Source of the DNA: a virus
IMG/VR virus record: IMGVR_UViG_3300025889_017816
Coordinates: 1-64,000 of that record
Direction: 5' to 3' (one strand)
Length of the DNA: 64,000 nucleotides
The notes under the pieces were generated by a model. That model was not told where the DNA came from. It searched no databases and worked only from the letters and a program-made list of their open reading frames with translations. How positions within the stretch are numbered: position 1 is the first letter of the stretch; every line of letters starts with the position of its first letter. Shown here in pieces: positions 45,484 through 55,499 of this stretch. A program made the translations under genes and the position numbers.

Positions 45484-48468
45484 TTATTGGCACTTACAAT
45501 TGGTTTTTACTGCATCTAATTCTATTTTCAATTCTTTGATTGCTTCGATCAATAGTGGAACAATCTTTTCATAACGAACTGCTTTGAAGCCGTCTTCACG
45601 ATCAGCAACAACTTCAGGGAGAACTGCTTCAATTTCTTGTGCGATAACACCAACATCATGTTTGCGCACAAAATAATCATCCTCACCGCCACGAGAATCC
45701 ATATGCTCTTGTGTCCAATCAAACTCTACACCATTTATACTATTTAGTTTTTTCATAGCGTCTGAAATAACAACAACATTTTCCTTTAAGCGTGAATCAG
45801 AAGCATAGTATGCGGTGATTTCATTGGTGGCTCTAATTTCACCTGCTGTTCCTGAACCTGCTGTACCAACACCCAAACTATTGAATTGAACGTTAGATGA
45901 TGTAGCGACTGCCTGACCAATAGAGAATGTAACAGCTCCTGTTGCTCCTGAAACACTTACACCTGTTCCTGCTACAGCACTTGTTACACCAGAGTTACTA
46001 ATTGTGGTGCCAGAAATACTTAAGCCAGTACCTGCTGTACCCCAAGCAGTTGCGCCAGCACTATCGTCCCAGAAAAGAATTCTATCAGCATTTGGGTCAA
46101 CCAAATTTTGTATTCCAAGATGTGATAGTGAGAAAGTAGTACCACCTAAAGAAATACCAGTTCCAGCAGAATAAGTTGTGTTTGTATCAGTAGAGGCAAT
46201 TGTAATTGTATCAGTGGTTGCGTTTGTTGTGATAGTGATATTTGAACCAGCTGCTAATGTAAGTGTATCATTATTGGAATCTGCAACTACGGTTGATTGA
46301 CCTGATACTGCAACGTTCTTGAAAATGTTCTGACTACTACCTAAGTCTGAATTACTAATTGTGGTGCCAGAAATACTTAAGCCAGTACCTGCTGTACCCC
46401 AAGCAGTTGCTCCAGCACTATCGTCCCAGAAAAGGATTCTGTCAGCATTTGGATCAACCAAATTCTGTATCCCAAGATGTGATAGTGATATTGTATGAGC
46501 AATACCTTCACCTGATGAAGCACCTGTTGTTGCTATGCCAGTGCCTGCAGCAATTGTACCTACATAGTTGCCTGTTGTGTCAGTTCCTAATGCTACTGAA
46601 TTGGCAGCAACAGTTGTTGCAACAGTTATTGTACCACTTGCTAGGTCGGTCAAAGTTGTATTTGCACTACCAGTTACATCACCTGTTAGTGTGACAGTAA
46701 CAACTGGGTCTGGCTTACTTAATACGTCAGCCCATTCAATGTTGGCATCAACTGTTCCTTTAGTGCCTGAGAACACTTCACTTGTGTTTGTGGCATCAGG
46801 AATAAAGGTCATCTTGCCTGTGCTATCATCAAATCCAAAGAAACCAACCTTAGCGGCAACACCATTGTGCCAACGGAATTCAACACCACGGTCCTTGTTA
46901 TCATCCGAACCAGGAGCAGTATCACCACCTAGTGTGAAAATAGGATCATCTATAGTAACGGTTGTAGAATTTACTGTTGTAGTTGTTCCGCTTACAGTTA
47001 GGTCTCCTGTAACACTAAGAGCACCACTTACAGTTAATGTAGCACCATCAAATGTTAAGTTAGATTCACCTGTGATGGTGTTACCATCAGTAAATGTAGC
47101 AATTTGATTGTTTGTGTTAGTTCCTGTGTAATCAACTAATGAAGAACCCCAAACTCGGGAATCAATTTCGTCGGTTACGAGAGTAGAACCATTATAAACA
47201 ACTACTGTGTTGTCTGTACCAGCAGCAATATTAGCTGGGTTAATTGTAGCTGCATTAATTGTTAAGGTATCAGCACCTGCATCACCCAAAGTAGTATTGC
47301 CTGTAACAGTAAGAGCACCTGTGACTGCTAAAGTAGAACCATCAAATGTTAGGTTAGATTCACCATTGATGGTATTAGTATCGGTAAATGTAGCTAATTG
47401 ATTATTGGATGCAGTTCCTGTGTAATCAACTAATGAAGAACCCCAAACTCGGGAATCAATTTCGTCGGTTACAAGAGTTGAACCATTATAAACAACAACT
47501 GTGTTATCAGTTCCTGCGGCTATATTAACTGGGTTAATTGTAGCTGCATTAATTGTTAAGGTATCTCCGCTGGCATTACCTATAGTAGTATTACCATTAG
47601 ATGCTAAATCACCTGCAACAGTTACGTTAGCACCTGAAAGTGTGATTGCTGTTGCTGTTGATGATTTAATATCATTACCTGTTACAGTCAAATCACCTGC
47701 TACTGCAACATTACCTGTTGTGGTAGATAATGTTAGTGCTGTAGTGGCATCAGAGGCTTTAATGTCGTTTCCACCTACAGTCAAATCACCTTCGGTTCTA
47801 ACATTAGCTCCAGTTAATGTTAAAGCAGCAGTTGGTGTTGCACCTGATTTAATCTGTAGTTCATTGCTTGATTGGGTTAGACTACCATATGTAACTCCCC
47901 CGTCTTTCAATACTACGTCAGCTCCACCAGCATCAAGAGTAATATCATTGTCGGCGTCAATTAAGAAAGTTGCGCCTGAACTATTAATAGTATCAATGTT
48001 ATTGACAATTGCATTTGAGCTAACTAAAACAACTGTACCATCAGCATCTATCATAGTAACTGTTCTATCAGCAGTTGGATCTACAACCGTAAGTTGTGTT
48101 TCGAATCCATCCTCAGTAGAACCTTCAAAAAACAAACCACTGGTTATAACAGCAGCATCAAGTGTTTTGTTAGTTAAAGTTTCTGTACCAGTTAAGGTTG
48201 CTAAAGTAAGAGTTGTTCCGTTATAAAATTTAAGAGCACCATTATTGTTCCATATGTCGCCTGAAACAGGAGCAGAAGGATCGGCAGATCCTGCTGTAGC
48301 ACGAATACTGGCAGTTGAAGTACCACTCGCAACTAGGGTTAATTTACCCGTCATTGCTGTGGTTCCATCTTTTTCAACCTTATCGGTATTCAAATTACTG
48401 AAGTTGTTATCAACCTCAGTATTTGTTAATGGAGTTCCTTTGGTATTTCTTAGAGTTAACGTTGACAT
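45484..48468 (-). CDS. Tail fibre with C-terminal intramolecular chaperone (peptidase S74)
   Basis: LR..KG.PLT..E.D.NF.NLN N-terminus; internal duplications; SDSRLKEN...GVIAQE...PEVV...Y.KIVPLLIEAIKE. Confidence 0.9.
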   Translation of the reverse strand: MSTLTLRNTKGTPLTNTEVDNNFSNLNTDKVEKDGTTAMTGKLTLVASGTSTASIRATAGSADPSAPVSGDIWNNNGALKFYNGTTLTLATLTGTETLTNKTLDAAVITSGLFFEGSTEDGFETQLTVVDPTADRTVTMIDADGTVVLVSSNAIVNNIDTINSSGATFLIDADNDITLDAGGADVVLKDGGVTYGSLTQSSNELQIKSGATPTAALTLTGANVRTEGDLTVGGNDIKASDATTALTLSTTTGNVAVAGDLTVTGNDIKSSTATAITLSGANVTVAGDLASNGNTTIGNASGDTLTINAATINPVNIAAGTDNTVVVYNGSTLVTDEIDSRVWGSSLVDYTGTASNNQLATFTDTNTINGESNLTFDGSTLAVTGALTVTGNTTLGDAGADTLTINAATINPANIAAGTDNTVVVYNGSTLVTDEIDSRVWGSSLVDYTGTNTNNQIATFTDGNTITGESNLTFDGATLTVSGALSVTGDLTVSGTTTTVNSTTVTIDDPIFTLGGDTAPGSDDNKDRGVEFRWHNGVAAKVGFFGFDDSTGKMTFIPDATNTSEVFSGTKGTVDANIEWADVLSKPDPVVTVTLTGDVTGSANTTLTDLASGTITVATTVAANSVALGTDTTGNYVGTIAAGTGIATTGASSGEGIAHTISLSHLGIQNLVDPNADRILFWDDSAGATAWGTAGTGLSISGTTISNSDLGSSQNIFKNVAVSGQSTVVADSNNDTLTLAAGSNITITTNATTDTITIASTDTNTTYSAGTGISLGGTTFSLSHLGIQNLVDPNADRILFWDDSAGATAWGTAGTGLSISGTTISNSGVTSAVAGTGVSVSGATGAVTFSIGQAVATSSNVQFNSLGVGTAGSGTAGEIRATNEITAYYASDSRLKENVVVISDAMKKLNSINGVEFDWTQEHMDSRGGEDDYFVRKHDVGVIAQEIEAVLPEVVADREDGFKAVRYEKIVPLLIEAIKELKIELDAVKTNCKCQ

Positions 48469-48470
48469 TT

Positions 48471-48671
48471 CTATCCTCTATTTTGTATTATATGTTGGAG
48501 CATTTGTTTTATTTCCAAGAGTTCGTTTCTTACATTATTTATATCATTTTCTAAATTAGAAATTTTATTAGAATGATTTCTTTGTTTTTTATATGCTTCT
48601 AAACCATCAATATCAGAATTTATTATAGCTGTGCTATGATCATCCCTAATATACTTATGTTCTTTTTCCAT
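48471..48671 (-). CDS. Conserved small coiled-coil protein
   Basis: RD..S.AIIN.D...Y, L.EIK.ML; usual neighbour of DUF4815 proteins. Confidence 0.6.
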   Translation of the reverse strand: MEKEHKYIRDDHSTAIINSDIDGLEAYKKQRNHSNKISNLENDINNVRNELLEIKQMLQHIIQNRG

Positions 48672-48672
48672 T

Positions 48673-50970
48673 TTATGCCATCAACGCTAAGGCTCTTAGA
48701 GCATAAATTGTTGGTTTTATATAGGTATCAGAACTTAACATCACGATTTTAATTTGGAAAGTTCCGAATTGGGTATAGGCATTACCACTTACATCTTCAT
48801 ATTCAAAAACACCACTAGAATTTATACCACCAATTTGTGTGTTTTCATCATGACCGTTCTTGGATAATTTATATACAAATTCACCAGCACCTAAAGTATT
48901 TTTATTAATTGTTTTATTCATTAAAGTCCAATATCTAGGATCACGGTCACCACGTGCTTGTAATTTCACATAAACACGAACATCGGTTTTTTCAGGCATA
49001 TCAGCATCTAAGAAAACAATTATATCATCAGATTCTTGTCCTGAAGGTAATTGTACGGTCTTAGTATGATATTTTGCATTACCATCAATATCAGATGCTT
49101 CATAATCTACTGTACAAATTTCGTTAGTTGCATCTACAGTTAGTGCTGCATTTCTTGTTAACGTCAAACTAGTTGCACTTTCAATACTCTTAACAACACC
49201 AATAACCTTACCTGCTGTATCTCTTAAAGCTGATCCTACAGATACCTGGTCAATAAATGCTGTACTTGTTCCAGTAACAGTTGCTGAACCAGTTCCTGCT
49301 GCCAATGTACCAGCCAATGTTTTACGAATATTTCTAATATCATAAGCATATGTGAGGACAGCTGCTTTTTCCAAATCAACTACAGGACTTATTGTAGACT
49401 TATTGGTTGATAAAGAAAGTTGAAATAGATTTTTTCCTGTTCCGCTAGAAGCAGAAAAAACACCTTTTTCACTACCAATTTCTACCATACCTCTTTTTCC
49501 AAATGTTTTATAGGTTGAAGGAAGAGTTCCTGCAACATTTCTTAATTTATGAGCAAAAACAATATTTGTATCATTAAAATCTAGATGTCCTATAGCATTA
49601 TGTAGTAGATGAAAATTTCTACCTGACATTGATGTGCCATATGAATATGGATTATTAACTAATACTGTTGCTGTTTTTGTATATACACCACTAACCGCAC
49701 CTGCTTCAATCTCATCATTTTCCACGAAACTTCCACTTGTGACTAATACCTGTGCAACATCCTCAAATGTATCATAAGCTATAACTTCACCTGTACCTGT
49801 ACGGGTTGTGTTATTAATAAAATCACCAACTTGTAAAGATGCGCTTTCATTAGCTATTTGAAGATAATCAATATCTTTATTTTCTAATACCAAAGTACCT
49901 GAACTTGGTGAGAAATTTGCATTGTAAACAGTAAATTTAATATCTTTTGTATCAGAAGGTGTCCAATTAATACTATTGGATGAAAGATATAAACGGCCTG
50001 CTGAAGGTTGTTTATCAATTACTTCATTAGTTCCTAGTTTATTTTGCCCCAATTCTGCGGTCCATACTTCATAACTTGTGTTACCACCTGCAGGTAAAAG
50101 AACCATTGCATATTCTTCGTTGTTCTTAAGATGAACAGGTGATGTGAAAATAAACTTGGTTGGTGCTGAAGCATCAGTTGAAACATTAACATCTTTAGGA
50201 AACAAAGTAACTGTACTTAGAGGAATAATATTTTGTGATGGATTTCCATTAACAGTTTCTCTTAATTGTAAAGTTATTGGTACATTGCCATCGGTTGGTC
50301 TAGATTTAAAATAAACATCAATTTTCGTAACGAAAATTCCTTCAAGTTCACCAGACACAAAGAATGTTTGTGCAATAGGATCTTTAAAAGTTTGTCCTGA
50401 TGGATTTGTAGAAACAAATCTTTCAACGTCAATGCTTCTTGGTCTGATAATTTTAGAAAATGTTGATTTGAGTGTTCTTGTTGAACTTGTCTTAGTTCCA
50501 TCATAAGTTATGGAGGCCATACCAACAAATTCTGAAACAGCTCTACAATCTGTATCAGCATCAGGATTAGTTGAACTATTGGTTATAACAAAAGTTCTAC
50601 TACCTGTTTTAAAGGTTCTTGGGGGAATAACAAAATAAAAAGTGATAGAACCTTTGCTATCAGTCTTTAATGCTGCACCAAAAGCACCAGAACGAGTTAG
50701 CTGACAATTTGATGAAACCGCCTGCCCATCAAAATATGGATAAACTCTTGTATTTGGTTTCAAACCTTTCGCTGAAACTGTAACAACTATAGGACGAATA
50801 TAAGGAAGAGGCTCATCAGCAAGAGGTTTTCTTAGAGGAGGTGGAGCAGTAATACCTGAAGAACTAGAACCAATTGGAGTTCTGTTTTCTGCAGCTTGCC
50901 TCCCTCCAGTTATATATTCCCATTCTTCTGGATTATTACTACCTTTTCCAGTTATATCATCTCCGCGCAT
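48673..50970 (-). CDS. Virion structural protein, C-terminal half of a DUF4815-type protein
   Basis: GLKPNTRVYPYFDG, DPIAQTF, FQIKIVM, LRALAL; own AGGAGA RBS. Confidence 0.8.
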   Translation of the reverse strand: MRGDDITGKGSNNPEEWEYITGGRQAAENRTPIGSSSSGITAPPPLRKPLADEPLPYIRPIVVTVSAKGLKPNTRVYPYFDGQAVSSNCQLTRSGAFGAALKTDSKGSITFYFVIPPRTFKTGSRTFVITNSSTNPDADTDCRAVSEFVGMASITYDGTKTSSTRTLKSTFSKIIRPRSIDVERFVSTNPSGQTFKDPIAQTFFVSGELEGIFVTKIDVYFKSRPTDGNVPITLQLRETVNGNPSQNIIPLSTVTLFPKDVNVSTDASAPTKFIFTSPVHLKNNEEYAMVLLPAGGNTSYEVWTAELGQNKLGTNEVIDKQPSAGRLYLSSNSINWTPSDTKDIKFTVYNANFSPSSGTLVLENKDIDYLQIANESASLQVGDFINNTTRTGTGEVIAYDTFEDVAQVLVTSGSFVENDEIEAGAVSGVYTKTATVLVNNPYSYGTSMSGRNFHLLHNAIGHLDFNDTNIVFAHKLRNVAGTLPSTYKTFGKRGMVEIGSEKGVFSASSGTGKNLFQLSLSTNKSTISPVVDLEKAAVLTYAYDIRNIRKTLAGTLAAGTGSATVTGTSTAFIDQVSVGSALRDTAGKVIGVVKSIESATSLTLTRNAALTVDATNEICTVDYEASDIDGNAKYHTKTVQLPSGQESDDIIVFLDADMPEKTDVRVYVKLQARGDRDPRYWTLMNKTINKNTLGAGEFVYKLSKNGHDENTQIGGINSSGVFEYEDVSGNAYTQFGTFQIKIVMLSSDTYIKPTIYALRALALMA

Positions 50971-50988
50971 TTATATTCTCCTAATATA

Positions 50989-53900
50989 TTAGATGAGGTC
51001 GTCACTTTGTTGATTGTATGTCCAGGATGTACCAGTTGTACTCATATGACTTTCCGAACCCAACGATGTACCACCAGATCCAGTCTTTGGACTGGTCTTA
51101 GGTGTTTCAACCACAGGAGCAGGCGAATCAACAGGTAACACCGGTTTTACTGCCTCTACCGGAACTACCGGTGTTGAAGTCACGGTTGTTGGTAGTGCTA
51201 TACTTTCTTTTACTATTGGTAGTTTAGGATTACTTACTGGTGTAGTTGATCTATCTATCTTAACCGCCTTAGATACAATTATTTCAGGTTCAACAGGTGT
51301 AGCCTTTGCTATCTTGATTGGTGGAGTCTTTGGTAGAAATACACGGTTAACAACTTTTTTAACTATATCTCTCTGTGCTATTTCTGCTTTATCCATCTGT
51401 TTTAATATTGGTGTATTTAAAGGCTTGGAATCATCACGGTCAACCTTTGCTGCCACTATAACCGGAGGTTCGGGTAAATCACGATGATCAAACCATATAT
51501 CTTCTGAAGGAGATAATATTATTTCACCCTCATATCCATAAATTACGGTTTCTGTAACTTTGACTGCCTCAGAAGCATATGGGTTTTCCGTATATACTGA
51601 ATGTGTGTAAGGTAGAGTTGCAATAGTTCCATTTGATACAGTAGAAATCAAATCAGGTCTAAGTGCAGTAGCTAACGTTGCTGTCGATAATCCTGCATAT
51701 GTAATTACACCAGATGAGGATGATGTTCCTCCTGAAACAGTATAACTTGTTTCAGCAAAAGTACCTGTAACTGAAGTTAGGTATAATCTAATCCATTTAT
51801 AACTGATGTTTCTTGCAATTTGTACTGCATGTTCTAATTTGCCTGTGGCAAGCGATGTTGCTTGTGTAATAGTTTCGCCTTTAGTAAACTGAGCCTCAGC
51901 AACGGGTTGTCTGATTACGATTTGCGCATCAGCAGGAGCTCTGTATATATTACTTGAGGATGAAAATTCTAGTTCTAAAGGATCTGAATCAATCTTTGCT
52001 GTTAGTACACCGTTTCCAACTGTGCAACGATTAGTACCGTTTGTGTAATCTAACTTTGTTCCTCTTTCAAACGAATCAACTAAAATACCATTTTTAAATC
52101 TTTCATTTCCTGAATCATTATAAAGAAGAGCATTAATAGTTTTTTGTTCTAAGAAAGATAGTTTGGTATATTTTTCTAAGTTTGTTAATCTTGTGTCAAT
52201 CTCACCAATATCAGACATGGTGTATCTACGTTGTTGTTCTGAGGCAGAGAATCCAGCCTTGTATGCTTTTCTTCCTATTTGCCCTGCAGCCTTAGGAGAC
52301 ATAGCAGGATATGGTGGAAGAGTAAGAATTCCCAAATCCATTGAATTTGCTGGTTGCAATGGAATTTCAGGGACAACTGCTGCTGTACCTGTAACTGATT
52401 TAAACACACCTTCTGTATCTAAAACAACACGATCTATTCTTGGGATGTTCCAAGAAATAGGTGTAGTAAATTCTTCTTCTGGATGTGGGAAGTATGTAGG
52501 GGTGAATCCAGTAAATGATTTATTAGAATTGGTGTATCCTGAAGGATTGATAGTAGATGATGTTAAAATTGTAGTTGTTACTGCTGTTGCAGCAACAGTA
52601 AATCTAAAATCAATATTATTTCTTAGATCATAAAGAACACCGTTCTGTGCTTCATATGTTGGAATCTCATACCAATAAATTTCACCTGACGCAGGATTAT
52701 CACCCTGTGTAGGTAATGGGTATGAATCTACACAAAAATATGCACCTGCGTTATGTTCAAAATGATCTACACGAACAACATATCTTCTGTATTCAGCAAA
52801 GGTTCCACGTATTACACCTAAGTTGTAGTTATCATCTTCCTGACCATTTGTAACAGTAAAATTGTTAGTTCTGTCTGTACCAGAAGTATTAATTGCTGCC
52901 CAATTCGAAGTAGAAGCACCCGCCTTAATATAATCCACTTTGAACAAATCATATAAACCTAACGAAGGTTCACTACCTTTAGGGAATGATTTTGTAGCAA
53001 GGTCCCAACTAGGATGTGCAACTGTAAAGAAATTAGTTCCTGATGCAGTAGGTGTTCCTGGAATAGTAGTATCACAAGTTACAATATATCTTGTAGTGCT
53101 ACCAGGACCACTGTTATCTGTGCTAAATGAAGCAACAGTTCCTAAATTAGTAGTTCCGTTATAAACAATATTATCTACAGGACATTCTTCAGCCGTGACC
53201 TGTGAACTACTCCATGTAGTTGCAGCAGCTGCTGTTGGGAAGGCCCAAATTAAATTAGAACCGGAATCACTAGCATCCATGTAGTTACCTTGTGTGAAGA
53301 ATTGGTAACTATTGCCTGTGCCTGTTAGATTAATTGCGGTTCCTGCTGTTGCATTAGCTGAACTTGTTGCCAATTTAATTGTATTTGAATCAACAACAAT
53401 AACATAATATGTTGTTCCATCAGTCAAACCACCTAAAACTGTACCTTCTGCAGCATAGTAAACTAAAGAATTTGTAACTGAAAATCCATGTGAAGTCCAA
53501 GCAATTGTATCATTGGTTGTAGAAACATCACCAGTAGAGATTACTTTGTGTAATAAACCCAACTTTGCAGAAGTTTGTAATCTTACAAATCTATCTTCTC
53601 TCAAAGTTTTAGTTCTAGCAACAACATCGGATCGTACTACACTAACAATAATAGTTACTGTTGCACCTGCGTCTAATGTTGTCGTTCCATAAATGTCAAC
53701 AGTTAATGATGTTGAAGTTATGCTAGTTACACCATTATTAGTTGCTGTTAAATCTACAATCTGACCTGCTGTATATACAGTAGTAGCTCCTGAAGTATGT
53801 GTAACATTGGTTTCGGTGATAACAACAATTTCAGAATTAATTGTTGCATTCATAGCAGAGTTAAAAGCAAAAGTTTCATCACCACTCAAAGTAACGGTTA

Positions 53901-55494
53901 CTCTACCATCAGTCCCTACACTTTGTCCAGCAAATACTTTTCTGTAAATAAAACTATTATCTAACGTGTCAGGTTGTAATGATTTTACATAATCATATGA
54001 TGTAGGAAAAATTAATGGAGCAAATCCTGTTTCCTTTAATTCATAATCCGTCCCCTGAACGTCAGCATGAAAATCAGGTGAACCATTGTAATAAACACCA
54101 CGAACATCACCAATAGAACCAGCAACCATTTCAATATCATACAAATATAATCTGTATTTACAGGCAGCTGCACCTGATGTTCCTGAGATATATTCTAAGT
54201 TTGCAATTCTGGCTGTTCCGATTTCTGAACCTGGAGCAGAAGCACCTGAAAAAGTAGTTGCTGTTACTGCGCCTGCTGCAGCACTTCTCAGAGAAACTAC
54301 TGATCCATCCATAGGAGGCGGACCAGCAACTTCATCAACAATTAAATAATTTCCGTATGCAGTAGAAACACGAAGATTAGTTTGTGATAAACTATCCGTT
54401 GGTTTGTCAACATCTAGATATTTTGTTGCATTTAATTCATACTCATATCCACGAACATATGCTTTTCCTGGTTCTATACCTACAGCCAACTTACCTGCAT
54501 CACCACCTTGACCAGAAGTATATACACCACCATTTTCACCATTAACTAAATGTTCACGAATATGATACTTGAAAGGCACAATTACATAATCACCTGATTC
54601 ATCATATGTTCTACGAGCAAGTGTTCTATTTAACTCTGCATATTGTGTTCTGTCATATCTGCGACTAATTTCACCTGATTGTACTTCATAAAGTATAGAG
54701 AAATTTTCAACTAATTCATTAACTCCATATGCAGCTAATGTGGTTGATAATTTAAATCTATCAGCACCTTGTGCTGTGTAATTGAAAGCACCTTGTGCAG
54801 GATCTAATAATGTTTCATCATCTTCTGAGTCAACAATAGTTTCATTTACTAAGAACCCAACTTTTTTTGTTGGTGATGAACTAAATGGTTCAAGAATAAT
54901 GGTTTGTGTGTAATGTCTGATAAAATTACCGTTTGCATAAACTACACCATCACCTACAGTAAATAAAGAACCTTTTGTGATGGGAGAAGCTGCGCTATCA
55001 GCAACCACAACAGTTATATCTGTGTCATCTTCCTGTGTTAAAGTTTCACCTGCAGCAAACGTACTTGTGGTTCCTGAATCACCCTGAGAAAGATATTGTA
55101 AGAACAAACCCTTAAATGCTGATTGTCCTAAATCATCTCTACCTGTTTTAACTTTTTTAACTAATGCTCTAACATTATCAGTTGCTCCTACTAAAACTTT
55201 CCCAACTAAAGCATTTAATGCTGCATCAGAAATTGTTGCACTTGAACTATCTAAGTCTTTAATTTTAACTACATCTACATCGAAATTTGTAGATTCAGGA
55301 CAACCTGAAATTACACTACCTTCCTTAAATATATTATCACCAAATCTTTTGATTTGATCTTGGAGGATAGTTTGTAATTGTGTTAATTCTCTAGCCTGTA
55401 CGGCATATCCTGGCTTGAAAAGAACTTTATGAAAATTCTTGTCAAGATCAAAATCGTCGTAGTAAGGATATGTATTTAAGTTTAGCTTAGCCAT
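50989..55494 (-). CDS. Virion structural protein, N-terminal half of a DUF4815-type protein
   Basis: PYYDDFD..K.F...LFKPG..VQARELTQLQ, ARRTYDESG.Y, GKAYV.GYE, RFKNG..VD.F. Confidence 0.88.
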   Translation of the reverse strand: MAKLNLNTYPYYDDFDLDKNFHKVLFKPGYAVQARELTQLQTILQDQIKRFGDNIFKEGSVISGCPESTNFDVDVVKIKDLDSSSATISDAALNALVGKVLVGATDNVRALVKKVKTGRDDLGQSAFKGLFLQYLSQGDSGTTSTFAAGETLTQEDDTDITVVVADSAASPITKGSLFTVGDGVVYANGNFIRHYTQTIILEPFSSSPTKKVGFLVNETIVDSEDDETLLDPAQGAFNYTAQGADRFKLSTTLAAYGVNELVENFSILYEVQSGEISRRYDRTQYAELNRTLARRTYDESGDYVIVPFKYHIREHLVNGENGGVYTSGQGGDAGKLAVGIEPGKAYVRGYEYELNATKYLDVDKPTDSLSQTNLRVSTAYGNYLIVDEVAGPPPMDGSVVSLRSAAAGAVTATTFSGASAPGSEIGTARIANLEYISGTSGAAACKYRLYLYDIEMVAGSIGDVRGVYYNGSPDFHADVQGTDYELKETGFAPLIFPTSYDYVKSLQPDTLDNSFIYRKVFAGQSVGTDGRVTVTLSGDETFAFNSAMNATINSEIVVITETNVTHTSGATTVYTAGQIVDLTATNNGVTSITSTSLTVDIYGTTTLDAGATVTIIVSVVRSDVVARTKTLREDRFVRLQTSAKLGLLHKVISTGDVSTTNDTIAWTSHGFSVTNSLVYYAAEGTVLGGLTDGTTYYVIVVDSNTIKLATSSANATAGTAINLTGTGNSYQFFTQGNYMDASDSGSNLIWAFPTAAAATTWSSSQVTAEECPVDNIVYNGTTNLGTVASFSTDNSGPGSTTRYIVTCDTTIPGTPTASGTNFFTVAHPSWDLATKSFPKGSEPSLGLYDLFKVDYIKAGASTSNWAAINTSGTDRTNNFTVTNGQEDDNYNLGVIRGTFAEYRRYVVRVDHFEHNAGAYFCVDSYPLPTQGDNPASGEIYWYEIPTYEAQNGVLYDLRNNIDFRFTVAATAVTTTILTSSTINPSGYTNSNKSFTGFTPTYFPHPEEEFTTPISWNIPRIDRVVLDTEGVFKSVTGTAAVVPEIPLQPANSMDLGILTLPPYPAMSPKAAGQIGRKAYKAGFSASEQQRRYTMSDIGEIDTRLTNLEKYTKLSFLEQKTINALLYNDSGNERFKNGILVDSFERGTKLDYTNGTNRCTVGNGVLTAKIDSDPLELEFSSSSNIYRAPADAQIVIRQPVAEAQFTKGETITQATSLATGKLEHAVQIARNISYKWIRLYLTSVTGTFAETSYTVSGGTSSSSGVITYAGLSTATLATALRPDLISTVSNGTIATLPYTHSVYTENPYASEAVKVTETVIYGYEGEIILSPSEDIWFDHRDLPEPPVIVAAKVDRDDSKPLNTPILKQMDKAEIAQRDIVKKVVNRVFLPKTPPIKIAKATPVEPEIIVSKAVKIDRSTTPVSNPKLPIVKESIALPTTVTSTPVVPVEAVKPVLPVDSPAPVVETPKTSPKTGSGGTSLGSESHMSTTGTSWTYNQQSDDLI

Positions 55495-55499
55495 AGTAC

